DNA of 64,000 bases from an uncultured Candidatus Saccharibacteria bacterium (GCA_965231105.1 OZ246417.1:100094-164093), one strand, 5' to 3'. Positions 48,130-57,792 are shown, counted from the first letter of the stretch. A program made the numbers and translations. Notes: generated by a model not told the origin, from the sequence alone.

Positions 48130-48467
48130 CCGTAAGTTCCTTATAGGAATTTTATGCACCTTTTACCCCTATTCTAACGCTTATCTGATACAGATAAGAT
48201 TGTTAGGTTGTTTTAGAGCGTGCTTATCTAAGTTGTTACCCTCCACTTTATAAGCTTTCTTTTAAAGAAAGCGCTCTAAAACAGACTAACCCCTTTAACC
48301 CCGCGTTCCTCCCTCGTTTTATTTGAGGCTTTAGAGTGATACGACGGACAACCTATGAGTGGGCCGACGAGTTTCTTGCGAGAGAACTGGTCGGAGGCCT
48401 TCAGGGTGGGTTGAAGGGTGTAATGAGCCTCCAGCGGTGCCCACCCCCTCTGGAGGCTCTTTATTTT
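48130..48467 (+). ncRNA. candidate structured non-coding RNA of unknown class (~340 nt)
   Basis: It is bounded by a consensus promoter and a strong plus-strand terminator, with no ORF over 20 aa. There are several hairpins, including an 11-bp stem GTTTTAGAGCG (48210-48220) / CGCTCTAAAAC (48272-48282). Confidence 0.35.
48425..48467 (+). terminator. rho-independent terminator (plus-strand oriented)
   Basis: GAGCCTCCAG-15 nt-CTGGAGGCTC followed by TTTATTTT. The minus-strand side has no U-tract. Confidence 0.75.
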
Positions 48468-49097
48468 CTAGATAAATTTTCGAGTATCGGATAAAAGACT
48501 ATCGCTGAATACAAACTCAGTTATTAACGAAGCTACCTCAGTTTGCATAGCCTTAAAGTGCCCCTGCTCTTCTTTGCTGAAGGGCTTTAATACAAAGCTG
48601 GCAGCGTCCATCTTGGCAGCATGATCATTCTTGATACCAATACGGAGACGAGCATAATCTTCGCCAATGGCTTTAGAAACTGACTTAATACCGTTATTGC
48701 CTGCACTACTGCCGCCCACCCGAAAACGAAGTGATCCAAACGGGAGGGCAAGCTCATCATGAACCACGAGGATATCTTTGTTGGCTATCTTATAAAACTG
48801 TTTCACTGCCTGAACGGCATCTCCTGAAAGATTCATGAGCGTTGTTGGCTTAATACAAAGCACACGCTTATCTCCTAAGCGAAGTTCTGCTACGTGACAT
48901 TTAAGATCTTTCTTTTCTTTCCATGTCTCACCCTGTTCACTCACAAGATAATCAAGACATATAAAACCGGCGTTATGCCGGGTAAGCGCATAATCTTTGC
49001 CCACATTTCCAAGACCAACAATCAGTTTTGTGCGCTCATTGCTGACGCTGAATAAAGGTGTGGTTATAGGATTGATCTTACGCTGGAACAGGCCCAT
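48468..49097 (-). CDS. pth: peptidyl-tRNA hydrolase
   Basis: LIVGLGNVGKDYALTRHNAGF, HDELALPFG and GGSSAGNNGIKS. It carries a ~24-aa N-terminal extension relative to the usual start. Confidence 0.9.
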   Translation of the reverse strand: MGLFQRKINPITTPLFSVSNERTKLIVGLGNVGKDYALTRHNAGFICLDYLVSEQGETWKEKKDLKCHVAELRLGDKRVLCIKPTTLMNLSGDAVQAVKQFYKIANKDILVVHDELALPFGSLRFRVGGSSAGNNGIKSVSKAIGEDYARLRIGIKNDHAAKMDAASFVLKPFSKEEQGHFKAMQTEVASLITEFVFSDSLLSDTRKFI

Positions 49098-49128
49098 GGC
49101 TAGATTATAGATGAAAATTTCACCAGAC

Positions 49129-49875
49129 CTATTTTATTGAGCTGAAAAAAGAATGGGTCGCAATGAAACCGCTACTTATTACCATGCGGTCATACTTAGA
49201 GTACTGAAAGATACTGTGATGCGGCTCAAGACCTATTTGTTCTGCTGCTGAGTGTCGTGCCAGGAAGGAGAGGCCGATCCCCACGCTTAAAAGCCCGGCG
49301 CAAATACTACTTGTAGGAGTGGGCTGAAATTCATTCATTGCCGTGCTGGCTACGGCAATACCAAAATTAGCTCCTCTCACGCCATCAAGAAGAAGTTTTG
49401 ATTTGTCGCCTCGGGCACGATTCACCTCTCTATTTAGTAAGTATAGCTGCTCCTTTACCGCACGATTCAGGGACTGGGCCTGTGCCGTTGGATCATATTG
49501 TGCGGCAATATCTTTCATATCGTCACGACGTGCGGCGTTATTAATAGTTAAGATACTCGTAGTATCAAATACGTCGTTATGTCTCCTTTGTGTGATGCGG
49601 GTGCCTCGATCCTGCTGACGAGTAACGGCCTGCGCGCTAGCTATGGATCCGTCTGCGAAGAAAGATCCGCTTATAACTGTTTCATCTGCTTGACCCGTTT
49701 CTCCCTGAATAATCAGTGAACTCGTACCGATATGATGAATTACTTTTCTTGTATTGGTGTGGTTAAAGCCAATCCTGGACAAGTCTAGGCCTACCGGTAA
49801 CCCTAGACTGTCTACATCAACGGTAATGTGACCATCTGACGGTAAGTCTGATAAGGGTATGATTTCTCGGGCCAT
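49129..49875 (-). CDS. hypothetical protein
   Basis: 248-aa ORF with C-terminal hydrophobic segments. No family recognised. Confidence 0.4.
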   Translation of the reverse strand: MAREIIPLSDLPSDGHITVDVDSLGLPVGLDLSRIGFNHTNTRKVIHHIGTSSLIIQGETGQADETVISGSFFADGSIASAQAVTRQQDRGTRITQRRHNDVFDTTSILTINNAARRDDMKDIAAQYDPTAQAQSLNRAVKEQLYLLNREVNRARGDKSKLLLDGVRGANFGIAVASTAMNEFQPTPTSSICAGLLSVGIGLSFLARHSAAEQIGLEPHHSIFQYSKYDRMVISSGFIATHSFFSSIK

Positions 49876-49892
49876 GTGTCTGTATTGCTCTG

Positions 49893-51317
49893 CTACCTTT
49901 GGCTTTGTTTTCGACGAGGAATCTGATGAGGACGTAAACGCCGCTTCCAGTCGACACCATCCTTCTTCTCTCTTGGTTCGTGCTGCTCTATGTACCAGAA
50001 CTTTATAGGGGTACCTGCGAAGCCAAAGGCTTCACGGAAAGTTCGTTCGAGATGCCGGCGATACGACCAGTGTAAGAACTTAAGCTGTGAACCGAAGACC
50101 TTAAAGCTTGGGAGGTCCTGACCCTCTTCCTGCACGATATAGCGGAGCTTTGGCTGGCGGTTTTTAAGTCCGGCTGGTGGATGGCGGTCGGTTGTTTTGT
50201 GCAACCAACCGTTAAGCTCGGTTGTTTTAATGCGTTCTAGACGTGTTTGGGCTATCTCTAAGACGATTTCAAAGATCTTTGCGACATTCTGTCCGGTTAC
50301 GCTTGAAGTCACGATCATGGGTGCCCAGGGCACGAAATCAAAATCGGCTTGGATTTGAGGAATCAGCTTATCGTGCGTGAAAGCGTCTTTCTCAACGGCA
50401 TCCCACTTGCTTACCACAATGATAAGACCCTTGCCCGCTTCTTTGATCATGCCAGCGATCTTTTGATCTAAACCTACGCTTAATTCATTGGCATCAACAA
50501 GCAGTAAACAGATATCCGCTTGTTCAATGGCGCTTAAAGAGCGAATAACACTAAAGCGCTCTACTCCTGGTGCAATCTTGCCGCTTCTACGAATACCAGC
50601 CGTATCCATGAGTTCTATCTCGCGGGTCATATATTTGATAACGGTACGGTTAATGTCGCGGGTAGTACCTGCTCTGTCAGCAACAACTGCTTGTTGCTTT
50701 TTGGCTAAGGTGTTAAACAGATGAGATTTTCCAACATTTGGACGGCCCAAGATAGCCAAATGGATACGGTCCGACGCTTCATGAATACTTGCTTTGGGAA
50801 GCTGGGTGGTAGCGGCTTCTAACAACTCTTCAATCCCACTGTTTTGAGTGGTGCTGGTGAGGAAGATATCTTTGATGCCAAGTTTACGGTACGGATCAAG
50901 TGCGTCATCGCCCGAACGACCTTTACGAGAAAGCTGGTCTGCTTTGTTAACTGCCAGAAGAACTGGCTTACGGGTTTTTAGTGCCATAGTGGCCACCCGG
51001 CGGTCTTCCTCGCTAATCGCAGCCGGAGCTTCGATCATAACGATGATTACATCGGCACTATCGGCTGCCTGAGCTATCTGCTCCTGGATGGTAAACTCAA
51101 AATCATCCTCGGCCGCTTTTAAACCGGCAGTGTCCACAAGCCAAAAGTCTTTATCTTCAAAGCTTGCCTTGCCGTAAATACTGTCTCTGGTGGTACCGGG
51201 CTCATTAGCAACAATTGCCTCGCGTCGTCCTAAGACCACATTGAACAAACTAGACTTGCCGACATTGGCACGCCCCACAATTGCGACGATAGGTACCTTA
51301 ACTTTACTCATTAGCAT
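49893..51317 (-). CDS. der: ribosome-biogenesis GTPase Der (EngA)
   Basis: Two tandem GTPase domains (GRANVGKSSL...DTAG; GRPNVGKSHL...DTAG), a KH-like C-terminal domain and a basic tail. Confidence 0.95.
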   Translation of the reverse strand: MLMSKVKVPIVAIVGRANVGKSSLFNVVLGRREAIVANEPGTTRDSIYGKASFEDKDFWLVDTAGLKAAEDDFEFTIQEQIAQAADSADVIIVMIEAPAAISEEDRRVATMALKTRKPVLLAVNKADQLSRKGRSGDDALDPYRKLGIKDIFLTSTTQNSGIEELLEAATTQLPKASIHEASDRIHLAILGRPNVGKSHLFNTLAKKQQAVVADRAGTTRDINRTVIKYMTREIELMDTAGIRRSGKIAPGVERFSVIRSLSAIEQADICLLLVDANELSVGLDQKIAGMIKEAGKGLIIVVSKWDAVEKDAFTHDKLIPQIQADFDFVPWAPMIVTSSVTGQNVAKIFEIVLEIAQTRLERIKTTELNGWLHKTTDRHPPAGLKNRQPKLRYIVQEEGQDLPSFKVFGSQLKFLHWSYRRHLERTFREAFGFAGTPIKFWYIEQHEPREKKDGVDWKRRLRPHQIPRRKQSQR

Positions 51318-51383
51318 TATTATAACAGAGAGCAGCTATTGACAGAAGGATAAAATTATTTCTGAAATTTTTTAGGAAATATT

Positions 51384-52169
51384 ATGCTACACTGGGCACA
51401 TATGGAGCAGACACCGGGTGATGCATATGAATTTGAACATGACCCGTTGCTTGAGCTGCAACTGCATCCCGAAAAGCTTCGTGGTATAGACCAGGAGCTA
51501 GGTCCTAGAGGCATAGGGGCGTTTGTTGTACCGGCCGTTCTTACGCCTTGGCAGGTCAGATATATGCAAGAAGAAATCTTTGATCCGTTCCGTGTAGCCT
51601 GGCGCGATAATCATGATGAATATGTAAATCAACGTGGAGTGACAATAACCGAAAACCACACAGTCTTCGCGCTTAAACTGCACCAAGGAGATCCGTCGTG
51701 GATACGGCGAGTGCCTCGAATGCGCGCCCTTACATACGAAGTAGAAAAGCTAGCAAACAGCCTCTCTGGGGTTTTCCCCAGTCTTGAGGGCTGGCAAGCA
51801 GATGAAATGTCGCTTCATCGCTATGACGATCCTGATGTAGGTCTCAGTTTCCATAGAGATAACCTACGTTTTAGCGGTCTTATTGCTGTCATCACGCTTG
51901 AAGGTGCAAGTGATTTTGCGGTACGGCACGGAGATAGCGGCGAGGAAGTTCGCTTTCCGGTTGGCGAAGGAGACTTGGCGCTCACAAGAGCGACCGGCTT
52001 GTATCCACAGACCGATTCCAAGGGTAGGCCAGTAAATCTTTGTCCCGAACATGCCGTCCTGGATCTCAAAACACCGCACAGAAGTTCATTCATAGTTCGC
52101 GCAAATACCCGTTCTCACGAGTCTCTTCCAGGCTTTACCTTTGATAACTGGTCACCAGACGAAGTATGA
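51384..52169 (+). CDS. putative 2OG-Fe(II) oxygenase-fold protein
   Basis: HxD (SFHRDN), a distal His (CPEHAV) and RxS (HRSSFIVR) occur in the expected order and spacing. This is pattern-level evidence only. Confidence 0.4.
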   Translation: MLHWAHMEQTPGDAYEFEHDPLLELQLHPEKLRGIDQELGPRGIGAFVVPAVLTPWQVRYMQEEIFDPFRVAWRDNHDEYVNQRGVTITENHTVFALKLHQGDPSWIRRVPRMRALTYEVEKLANSLSGVFPSLEGWQADEMSLHRYDDPDVGLSFHRDNLRFSGLIAVITLEGASDFAVRHGDSGEEVRFPVGEGDLALTRATGLYPQTDSKGRPVNLCPEHAVLDLKTPHRSSFIVRANTRSHESLPGFTFDNWSPDEV

Positions 52170-53203
52170 GTGAGGTTGTAGGGACGCGACTCTCCCCTAT
52201 TAAGTGGTTAGCCGAAACATATGATTTGCCCGCTAACCTAAGCGCAGTTCACGCAGATGAATCAACGGCAAAGCGCCTGCATGAAACATACGACCTTCCC
52301 CCCACCATTGGATGCGAGATTGAAGTGCGACGCTCTACCCTGTATCCCGAAGTTGTGGAGCGTTACTTTGGCCAGCCAGACGAATTTGGGCGCTACGCTC
52401 TAGGTTATTCGGATCTCAGTCCTGAAGCACAGAAAGAACTTGATGCTGAATGTGCTGTCTTTGATGATGTGCTAAAACCTCAGTATAAAGCTACTCAAGC
52501 TAACGGTATTCCGGCCGGTAACGATGCATACTGGGAATTTGCACACGAACCTACTTATAGCTGGCGAACATTGGCAACCGAAACCGACCTGCTATTTAAA
52601 AGTGGACTTATACCGGAAGGTTATGATCATTCATTGCATGTGACCCTTGGGGGCATAGCCCAAAAAGGAGGAGGGCCCTGTCTTATCTTAAGCGGTCTTG
52701 AACTGATGAATGTGCCTCCTGAGCGCATACTGTCTGCTACTGTACCAAATAAATATGGAGCTCATACATCGTGGGCTCGCAGAGGCACAGATGGCTTGCG
52801 AACACGTAATTCGGGAGAGCTTCAGCTGAATCAGGTAGAAGCAACTGAAATGCGTACCCTCACAGCACAGACAGCCCAAGACACTGTCGAGACCTTACGG
52901 ACCGCCCAAGTTCTGGCTACCGTTCTAAAGGCGTACCGTGTAAGACATGAAACGCCAGAAAACACCGTGCAATCTATCGCCGGACTGTGGCCGGGTTTTA
53001 GAAGCCTTATGCGTACTCTGTGGGAAAGGCGCGGTCTTCCTATAGAAAGCTGGGGATCTCCTCACCGCAACCCTGGTCCTTGGCGCGGTTGGGCTGAATG
53101 TTTAGCTCGACGTGAAGACACTAACTCTCTAGAACACGAAACGATAGCAGACATTCATAAGGTAGTTGCGAAAGCCGAAGAATATATCGCTACTTTGCGA
53201 TAA
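52166..53203 (+). CDS. putative amidoligase / glutamine-synthetase-like COOH-NH2 ligase fold protein
   Basis: ATGA overlap with the upstream gene. The ordered motifs GCEIEV, WEFAHEP, SLHVTLGG and ATEMRTL resemble Amidoligase_2-type signatures (GxExE ... E..SP ... HVH.G ... ExR), recalled from memory. Confidence 0.35.
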   Translation: MSEVVGTRLSPIKWLAETYDLPANLSAVHADESTAKRLHETYDLPPTIGCEIEVRRSTLYPEVVERYFGQPDEFGRYALGYSDLSPEAQKELDAECAVFDDVLKPQYKATQANGIPAGNDAYWEFAHEPTYSWRTLATETDLLFKSGLIPEGYDHSLHVTLGGIAQKGGGPCLILSGLELMNVPPERILSATVPNKYGAHTSWARRGTDGLRTRNSGELQLNQVEATEMRTLTAQTAQDTVETLRTAQVLATVLKAYRVRHETPENTVQSIAGLWPGFRSLMRTLWERRGLPIESWGSPHRNPGPWRGWAECLARREDTNSLEHETIADIHKVVAKAEEYIATLR

Positions 53204-53954
53204 GTTTATGGTGCCCAGAAACATCATGGACCCGCAAGTAGCGAGCGCCATGTGCTACCGCAACGCGACCAGCTTTAAGGTTATGCTCAATCTTATGGCG
53301 ACCATGATCTCCTAGGAATCGTTTCTTGGAATAACCAATCATCACATCGAAGTCAGGTACGTGTTTGGCGAATTCTAAAAGCTGCCAGTTAAGATCGATT
53401 GTCTTGCCGAAGCCAATGCCGGGATCAAGGATAATATGTTCCTTTGGTATGCCTGCTTCTTGCATCTGCTCTGCTCTAGTAAGCAATTCGTCCAGTACCT
53501 GAGAAACGGTACTAATATCTCGTTGCTGGTGGGCCAGCTGAACATTTTGCCCACAATAGGCAGGAAGATGGCTCACGATGCAGCGAACATCCTGTGCTAC
53601 GGCTGCCTCGATCATTTCGGGGTCACTAAAAGATGTGACGTCATTAATAATAAATGAACCATATCGAGCAGCACGCCTCACAATTTCAGGATGATACGTA
53701 TCAAGGGAGAGCTTCCCGGAGTAACGAGGACCTAGTCTATGTAATATAGGCTCGAGACGCTTCCATTCCTCCTCAGCACCAAGGGCAGTAGCGCCAGGTC
53801 GCGTCGATTCAGCGCCAATATCAACAAGGCTGGCACCATCGGCAAACATTTGTTTTGTTTGTCTTAAGGCTGTGTCTACGTTGTTGTACAACCCGCCATC
53901 TGAAAAACTATCAGGCGTAACATTTAATATCCCCACCAGCTCCACAGATCTCAT
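53190..53954 (-). CDS. folP: dihydropteroate synthase
   Basis: GILNVTPDSFSDGG, DIGAESTRPG and DPGIGFGK. Confidence 0.9.
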   Translation of the reverse strand: MRSVELVGILNVTPDSFSDGGLYNNVDTALRQTKQMFADGASLVDIGAESTRPGATALGAEEEWKRLEPILHRLGPRYSGKLSLDTYHPEIVRRAARYGSFIINDVTSFSDPEMIEAAVAQDVRCIVSHLPAYCGQNVQLAHQQRDISTVSQVLDELLTRAEQMQEAGIPKEHIILDPGIGFGKTIDLNWQLLEFAKHVPDFDVMIGYSKKRFLGDHGRHKIEHNLKAGRVAVAHGARYLRVHDVSGHHKLIAK

Positions 53955-54000
53955 AGGAAAAGTATATCAGACAATAAATGGGCGGAAGCCAATAAACTAT

Positions 54001-54666
54001 TTACGTGTTGAGAAGCTTTTTGAAAGCGCCGCTTTTAAGTTCGTGTAGCTTATAGTCTCCAAACTGGGTACGGTGTAGTTTCTTAACGGTATAACCAAGC
54101 GCACTAAATGTCCGACGGATTTGCCGGTTTCTTCCTTCTTGCATCGTGACCTTGAGCGCTCTTAGGTTTGTACCATCGTGGGATACGATGAGATGACTTG
54201 TTCCATCGCTGAGCTGTATACCTGCTTCGAGTTTTTCTTCATCTGAAAGATCGAGTGGCCTATCAAGTTCAATTTCATACACCTTCGTTTTTTCATATTT
54301 AGGATGCGTGAGCTCATTTGCCAGATGTCCGTCATCGGTCATGAGTAAAAGGCCGCTCGAATCTTTATCGAGCCTACCTACAGGCTTCAGGTGATGTAGC
54401 TCTGGTGGTAAAAGATCATATACTGTTTTGCTTCCCTGTCCAACACGTGAGCACACATATCCTACCGGCTTATACATCATGATCGTAAGGGTGTCGGTGG
54501 GTAAATAGATACGCTTACGATCCACCGTTACTTTATCGGTGGTTGTGGCATGATCACTTAAGCGAGCTGGAATGTCATTAATAAAGACTTTCGAGCCCTG
54601 GATAAGTTTATCCGCCTGCCGACGTGATATGCCGGTCGCGCTCGCGATAAAACGATTTATACGCAT
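54001..54666 (-). CDS. pseudouridine synthase, RsuA/RluB family with S4 domain
   Basis: N-terminal S4 (MRINRFIASATGISRRQADKLI), catalytic GRLDKDSSGLLLMTDDG and GRNRQIRR. Confidence 0.9.
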   Translation of the reverse strand: MRINRFIASATGISRRQADKLIQGSKVFINDIPARLSDHATTTDKVTVDRKRIYLPTDTLTIMMYKPVGYVCSRVGQGSKTVYDLLPPELHHLKPVGRLDKDSSGLLLMTDDGHLANELTHPKYEKTKVYEIELDRPLDLSDEEKLEAGIQLSDGTSHLIVSHDGTNLRALKVTMQEGRNRQIRRTFSALGYTVKKLHRTQFGDYKLHELKSGAFKKLLNT

Positions 54667-54678
54667 CGGTAAGCGGTC

Positions 54679-55653
54679 CTAGAGGGCAATCAAATTTGGA
54701 TCACCATCCTGAGCGGTTGGCGGTGGAGGCGGTGTTGTGGGGGAGATAACCGTGGGAACTGCCTGACTCTTCTTTTCTTCTTCTTCGAGGAGCTTGTTGA
54801 GATCGGGTTTTACCGTCGGGTCATTAATAGGATGTAGGACTTTCTTGCCACCAATTGTGACGGCGGGGCTATCACTGCTTGACGTAGCTACCGGTTCTGG
54901 AGCTGGTGCTGGATCGGCAGGTGGTGTCGCGGGAGGTTCTGGAGCTGGAGAAGATGAGGTGACAAAGTTATTAATTTGCGCATCAACAGCTGCCTGTTCA
55001 GATGAAGCAGATTGGGCATTAGTTACCTCATCTGGAGTTGGTGCTGGAGTGGTGGGCGCTGGGTCAGCAGGCGGCGTTGCGGGAGGAGTTGGGACGGGAT
55101 CAGCAGGAGGAGCTACCACCGGTGTATCAACAACAGGTGTTGGAGTAGGATCGGGAGCGGGCGCAGGAGCTGCTACCGGTTCTGGAGCTGGTGCGGCCGC
55201 GGCAGGTTCGGGTGCTGGCACTGCAGGAGCTGCGGCTGGAGTATCTGTTGGAGCTTGAGCAATGCTTGGTGAAGCTGAAGGGGGTGTACCATCAAGTACT
55301 TCACGAGCAATCTTAGCTACATCTTCAAGGGTAACCTGTGACTTTACAAGATAACGATCTGCGCCAAGTTTATCGGCGCGCGACTTATCTTCTGCCTGAG
55401 ACAAGGCGGTCATCATAATAACCTTGGTATCTTTGGTTTCAGGAGTAGTACGAAGAATATCGAGCATATCAAAGCCGCTAATCTTCGGCATCATGACATC
55501 AGAGATAATAAGATCAGGCTTCTCCTTAACGGCAAGTGCTAACGCTTCTTCACCGTCATGAGCAGAGACAATCTCATAGCCTTCGGCCAATAAGCGGGCC
55601 TCATAAATTTCGCGTAAATTGTTGTCGTCCTCGACGAGCATGATCTTAGCCAT
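54679..55653 (-). CDS. response-regulator receiver fused to ~200-aa Pro/Ala/Thr-rich tail
   Basis: Receiver (VEDDNN, PDLIISDVMMP, MTALS, K), followed by PAPEP/ATPPADPAP low-complexity repeats and a short conserved-looking C terminus. Confidence 0.8.
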   Translation of the reverse strand: MAKIMLVEDDNNLREIYEARLLAEGYEIVSAHDGEEALALAVKEKPDLIISDVMMPKISGFDMLDILRTTPETKDTKVIMMTALSQAEDKSRADKLGADRYLVKSQVTLEDVAKIAREVLDGTPPSASPSIAQAPTDTPAAAPAVPAPEPAAAAPAPEPVAAPAPAPDPTPTPVVDTPVVAPPADPVPTPPATPPADPAPTTPAPTPDEVTNAQSASSEQAAVDAQINNFVTSSSPAPEPPATPPADPAPAPEPVATSSSDSPAVTIGGKKVLHPINDPTVKPDLNKLLEEEEKKSQAVPTVISPTTPPPPPTAQDGDPNLIAL

Positions 55654-55720
55654 GCGTAACTCCCTCTCTTTTCATGTGTTGCTTATGCTTCATTACACGC
55701 ATTGTACCACGTTTAATCAT

Positions 55721-57052
55721 CTATTTCGCCTCTGGTAATACCGAGACCTTGCTGGCTTCTTCGCGCATAAGTTGCTGGGCGCGCTCGGTTGTTAATCGTG
55801 GCAGATTTATATAGAACGTACTTCCCTTACCTACGACACTTTCTACCCAAATGCGTCCGTTGTATAATTCGATAATTTTACGACAAATAAATAGGCCAAG
55901 ACCAGTGCCACCGACGGTTCGGGTGCTGGAGTTATCGACACGGTAGAACTTTTCAAATAAATGCGGAACATCCTCGGCGGGTATACCATGACCGGTATCG
56001 GTAATACGGAGCTGCACCACCGTGTTATCACCAGTAAGGCCCAGGGTAATTTTACCTGTCTCAGTATATTTAACGGCATTATCAAAGAGATTGGTGATAA
56101 CCTCACGCAAACGATCAGGGTCAACGTGGACGTAATAGAGCGGTTTCACCACGTTCCCGCCACTCGCATCAATGACTTGCCCTGGTGCGCCTAAGACAAA
56201 CTCTACGCTCAGATTCTTTTTCTGGGCAGCAAATTTAAGCCCATCGGTTAAGGTCTCCAGGAACTGGCTCACCTCGAGTGTGGCGGGGTGGTTGGTAAGA
56301 CGTCCGTCTTCGGCTTTGGCACTGGTAAGCAAGTCTTGGAAAAGCTCCCCAAGGTGCTGCGTACTTTCATGGGCTTTTTCGAGAAATCCCCGCGCTTTGG
56401 AGTCAAGCGTACTCACCTTGTCATTAAGCGCCAACGCTAGGTAGCCTTCAATTGCCGCTACAGGTGTACGCATTTCGTGGCTGGCTGTGCTCACGAACTC
56501 AGTTCGTTGTTGCTCTTCTTTGCGCTGTTCGCTAATGTCTCGAAACACGCCAACCGCTCCCTGAATATTGCCTGCACTATCTACCAGGGGAGAAACAGTC
56601 ATATCAAGACATAACACCGTCTTAGAACGTGTTCTTAAACAGGCTCGACGGTCACGAATGGTAGCTTTTTCTTGGAATGCTCTAAAAAATGGATTTTTTT
56701 CCTCAAGATATGGTTCGCCCTTATCATCAATCAGCTGTAATACAGCCGCATAATTAAGACCCTGAGCTTCTTTGGGTTCCCACCCGGTAATAACACCTGC
56801 AGCAGGATTGAAAAGCTGAATAGTTTTTTCTGAGTCAATCAGAATAACCCCGTCTTCAATGGCGCGTAGGATAATCTCTGATTTTTGTTTTTCATCCCGT
56901 AAGTTTGAGGCTAAAACATGTGCAGGTCCTTTTGGCTTACTCGGTGTTTTCTTTTTTCGGGCAAATAAAAAAACAACCGCTGCTACAACAATAACGGCAA
57001 AGAGGCCCGCGATGATCAACATGTATTTCACGCTTATGGTTATTCCTGGCAA
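55721..57052 (-). CDS. sensor histidine kinase (TM-PAS-HisKA-HATPase)
   Basis: H box SHEMRTPVAAIEGY, N box NLFDNAVKYT, G1 DTGHGI and G2 GGTGLGL, with a PAS-like segment after a single TM helix. Confidence 0.9.
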   Translation of the reverse strand: MPGITISVKYMLIIAGLFAVIVVAAVVFLFARKKKTPSKPKGPAHVLASNLRDEKQKSEIILRAIEDGVILIDSEKTIQLFNPAAGVITGWEPKEAQGLNYAAVLQLIDDKGEPYLEEKNPFFRAFQEKATIRDRRACLRTRSKTVLCLDMTVSPLVDSAGNIQGAVGVFRDISEQRKEEQQRTEFVSTASHEMRTPVAAIEGYLALALNDKVSTLDSKARGFLEKAHESTQHLGELFQDLLTSAKAEDGRLTNHPATLEVSQFLETLTDGLKFAAQKKNLSVEFVLGAPGQVIDASGGNVVKPLYYVHVDPDRLREVITNLFDNAVKYTETGKITLGLTGDNTVVQLRITDTGHGIPAEDVPHLFEKFYRVDNSSTRTVGGTGLGLFICRKIIELYNGRIWVESVVGKGSTFYINLPRLTTERAQQLMREEASKVSVLPEAK

Positions 57053-57080
57053 TTATTATCGCTGATGTGTCTCTGTTTTA

Positions 57081-57110
57081 CAACAAACAAAAAAGACTCC
57101 GAAGAGTCTT
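57081..57110 (-). terminator. rho-independent terminator downstream of tRNA-Glu
   Basis: The minus strand reads AAGACTC-TTCG-GAGTCTT followed by TTTTGTTTGTTG. Confidence 0.65.
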
Positions 57111-57122
57111 CCTTTACTTATG

Positions 57123-57199
57123 TGGTGACCCCTGCGGGGTTCGAACCCGCGATCTTCAGGATGAGAACCTGATGTCCTGGACCACTAGACGAAGGGGCC
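57123..57199 (-). tRNA. tRNA-Glu (anticodon CTC), CCA encoded
   Basis: A manual cloverleaf fold gives 77 nt in total. Arms: acceptor GGCCCCT/AGGGGTC, D arm GTCT/GGAC and anticodon stem TCAGG/CCTGA with loop TTCTCAT. The T arm is GCGGG-TTCGAAC-CCCGC, followed by discriminator A and CCA. Confidence 0.9.
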
Positions 57200-57236
57200 A
57201 TAAAAACTGGCACGAACAGCTTACCATATCTGTTGG

Positions 57237-57752
57237 CTAGCGTCCATAATGGGGATGTTCGGAAGTCTCCTGAATGAATCCGCTGGCAATATCCCAAATC
57301 TCATTGATCTGCCTTTGCACAGGAGTGCCCCAACTTCTTCGATATCCTTTAATACACATGTCACTCGCTCCTGGTAATCCGCGTGATTTGGGAATAAGTA
57401 AGTTCACTTCTGCAAATCGTTCCTCTAGATTGTGGGGATTGGCAGTATCCCAGCGATATGCGTACGTCACCTGCCCCCTAAATGGTGGCCATAACGTAAT
57501 CCGTCCGGGTTCCAAGTTGGCAAAGTTTTCTAAATAGAGACGATCTCGCACAACAAATCCGCCAATGTGGAGGATAGTACGTTTTAGAGTCCAGTCATTA
57601 TCTCCCGCAAATTCAAAGGTGTCTCGTTGGACTGAGCCCCATTGCTGCATTCTGGCGGGAAGCCCGTCTGCCACAACAAAAGACTGCAGGTGTTCAGACA
57701 CTGAACGGAATAAATCAACCGAGCCTGTTTCGGGTGACCCAAAAGAAGACAT
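57237..57752 (-). CDS. hypothetical protein
   Basis: 171-aa ORF with no recognised family. Confidence 0.4.
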   Translation of the reverse strand: MSSFGSPETGSVDLFRSVSEHLQSFVVADGLPARMQQWGSVQRDTFEFAGDNDWTLKRTILHIGGFVVRDRLYLENFANLEPGRITLWPPFRGQVTYAYRWDTANPHNLEERFAEVNLLIPKSRGLPGASDMCIKGYRRSWGTPVQRQINEIWDIASGFIQETSEHPHYGR

Positions 57753-57792
57753 GCCTTTATTTAAAGCCCGCAGCGTCTATTACGCAATGTGT

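Noticed and set aside
48210-48219. GTTTTAGAGC, identical to the first 10 nt of the well-known type II-A (Cas9) CRISPR repeat.
   Set aside because: There is only one forward copy, plus its reverse complement forming a stem. There is no repeat-spacer periodicity and no cas genes in the window, so this is not a CRISPR array.
54794-55272. Two plus-strand ORFs (154 aa and 86 aa), rich in Gly/Ala/Ser or Cys/Arg/Trp.
   Set aside because: They are antisense or alternative-frame artefacts of the GC-rich Pro/Ala-repeat tail of the response regulator at 54679..55653. They have low-complexity composition and no start context.
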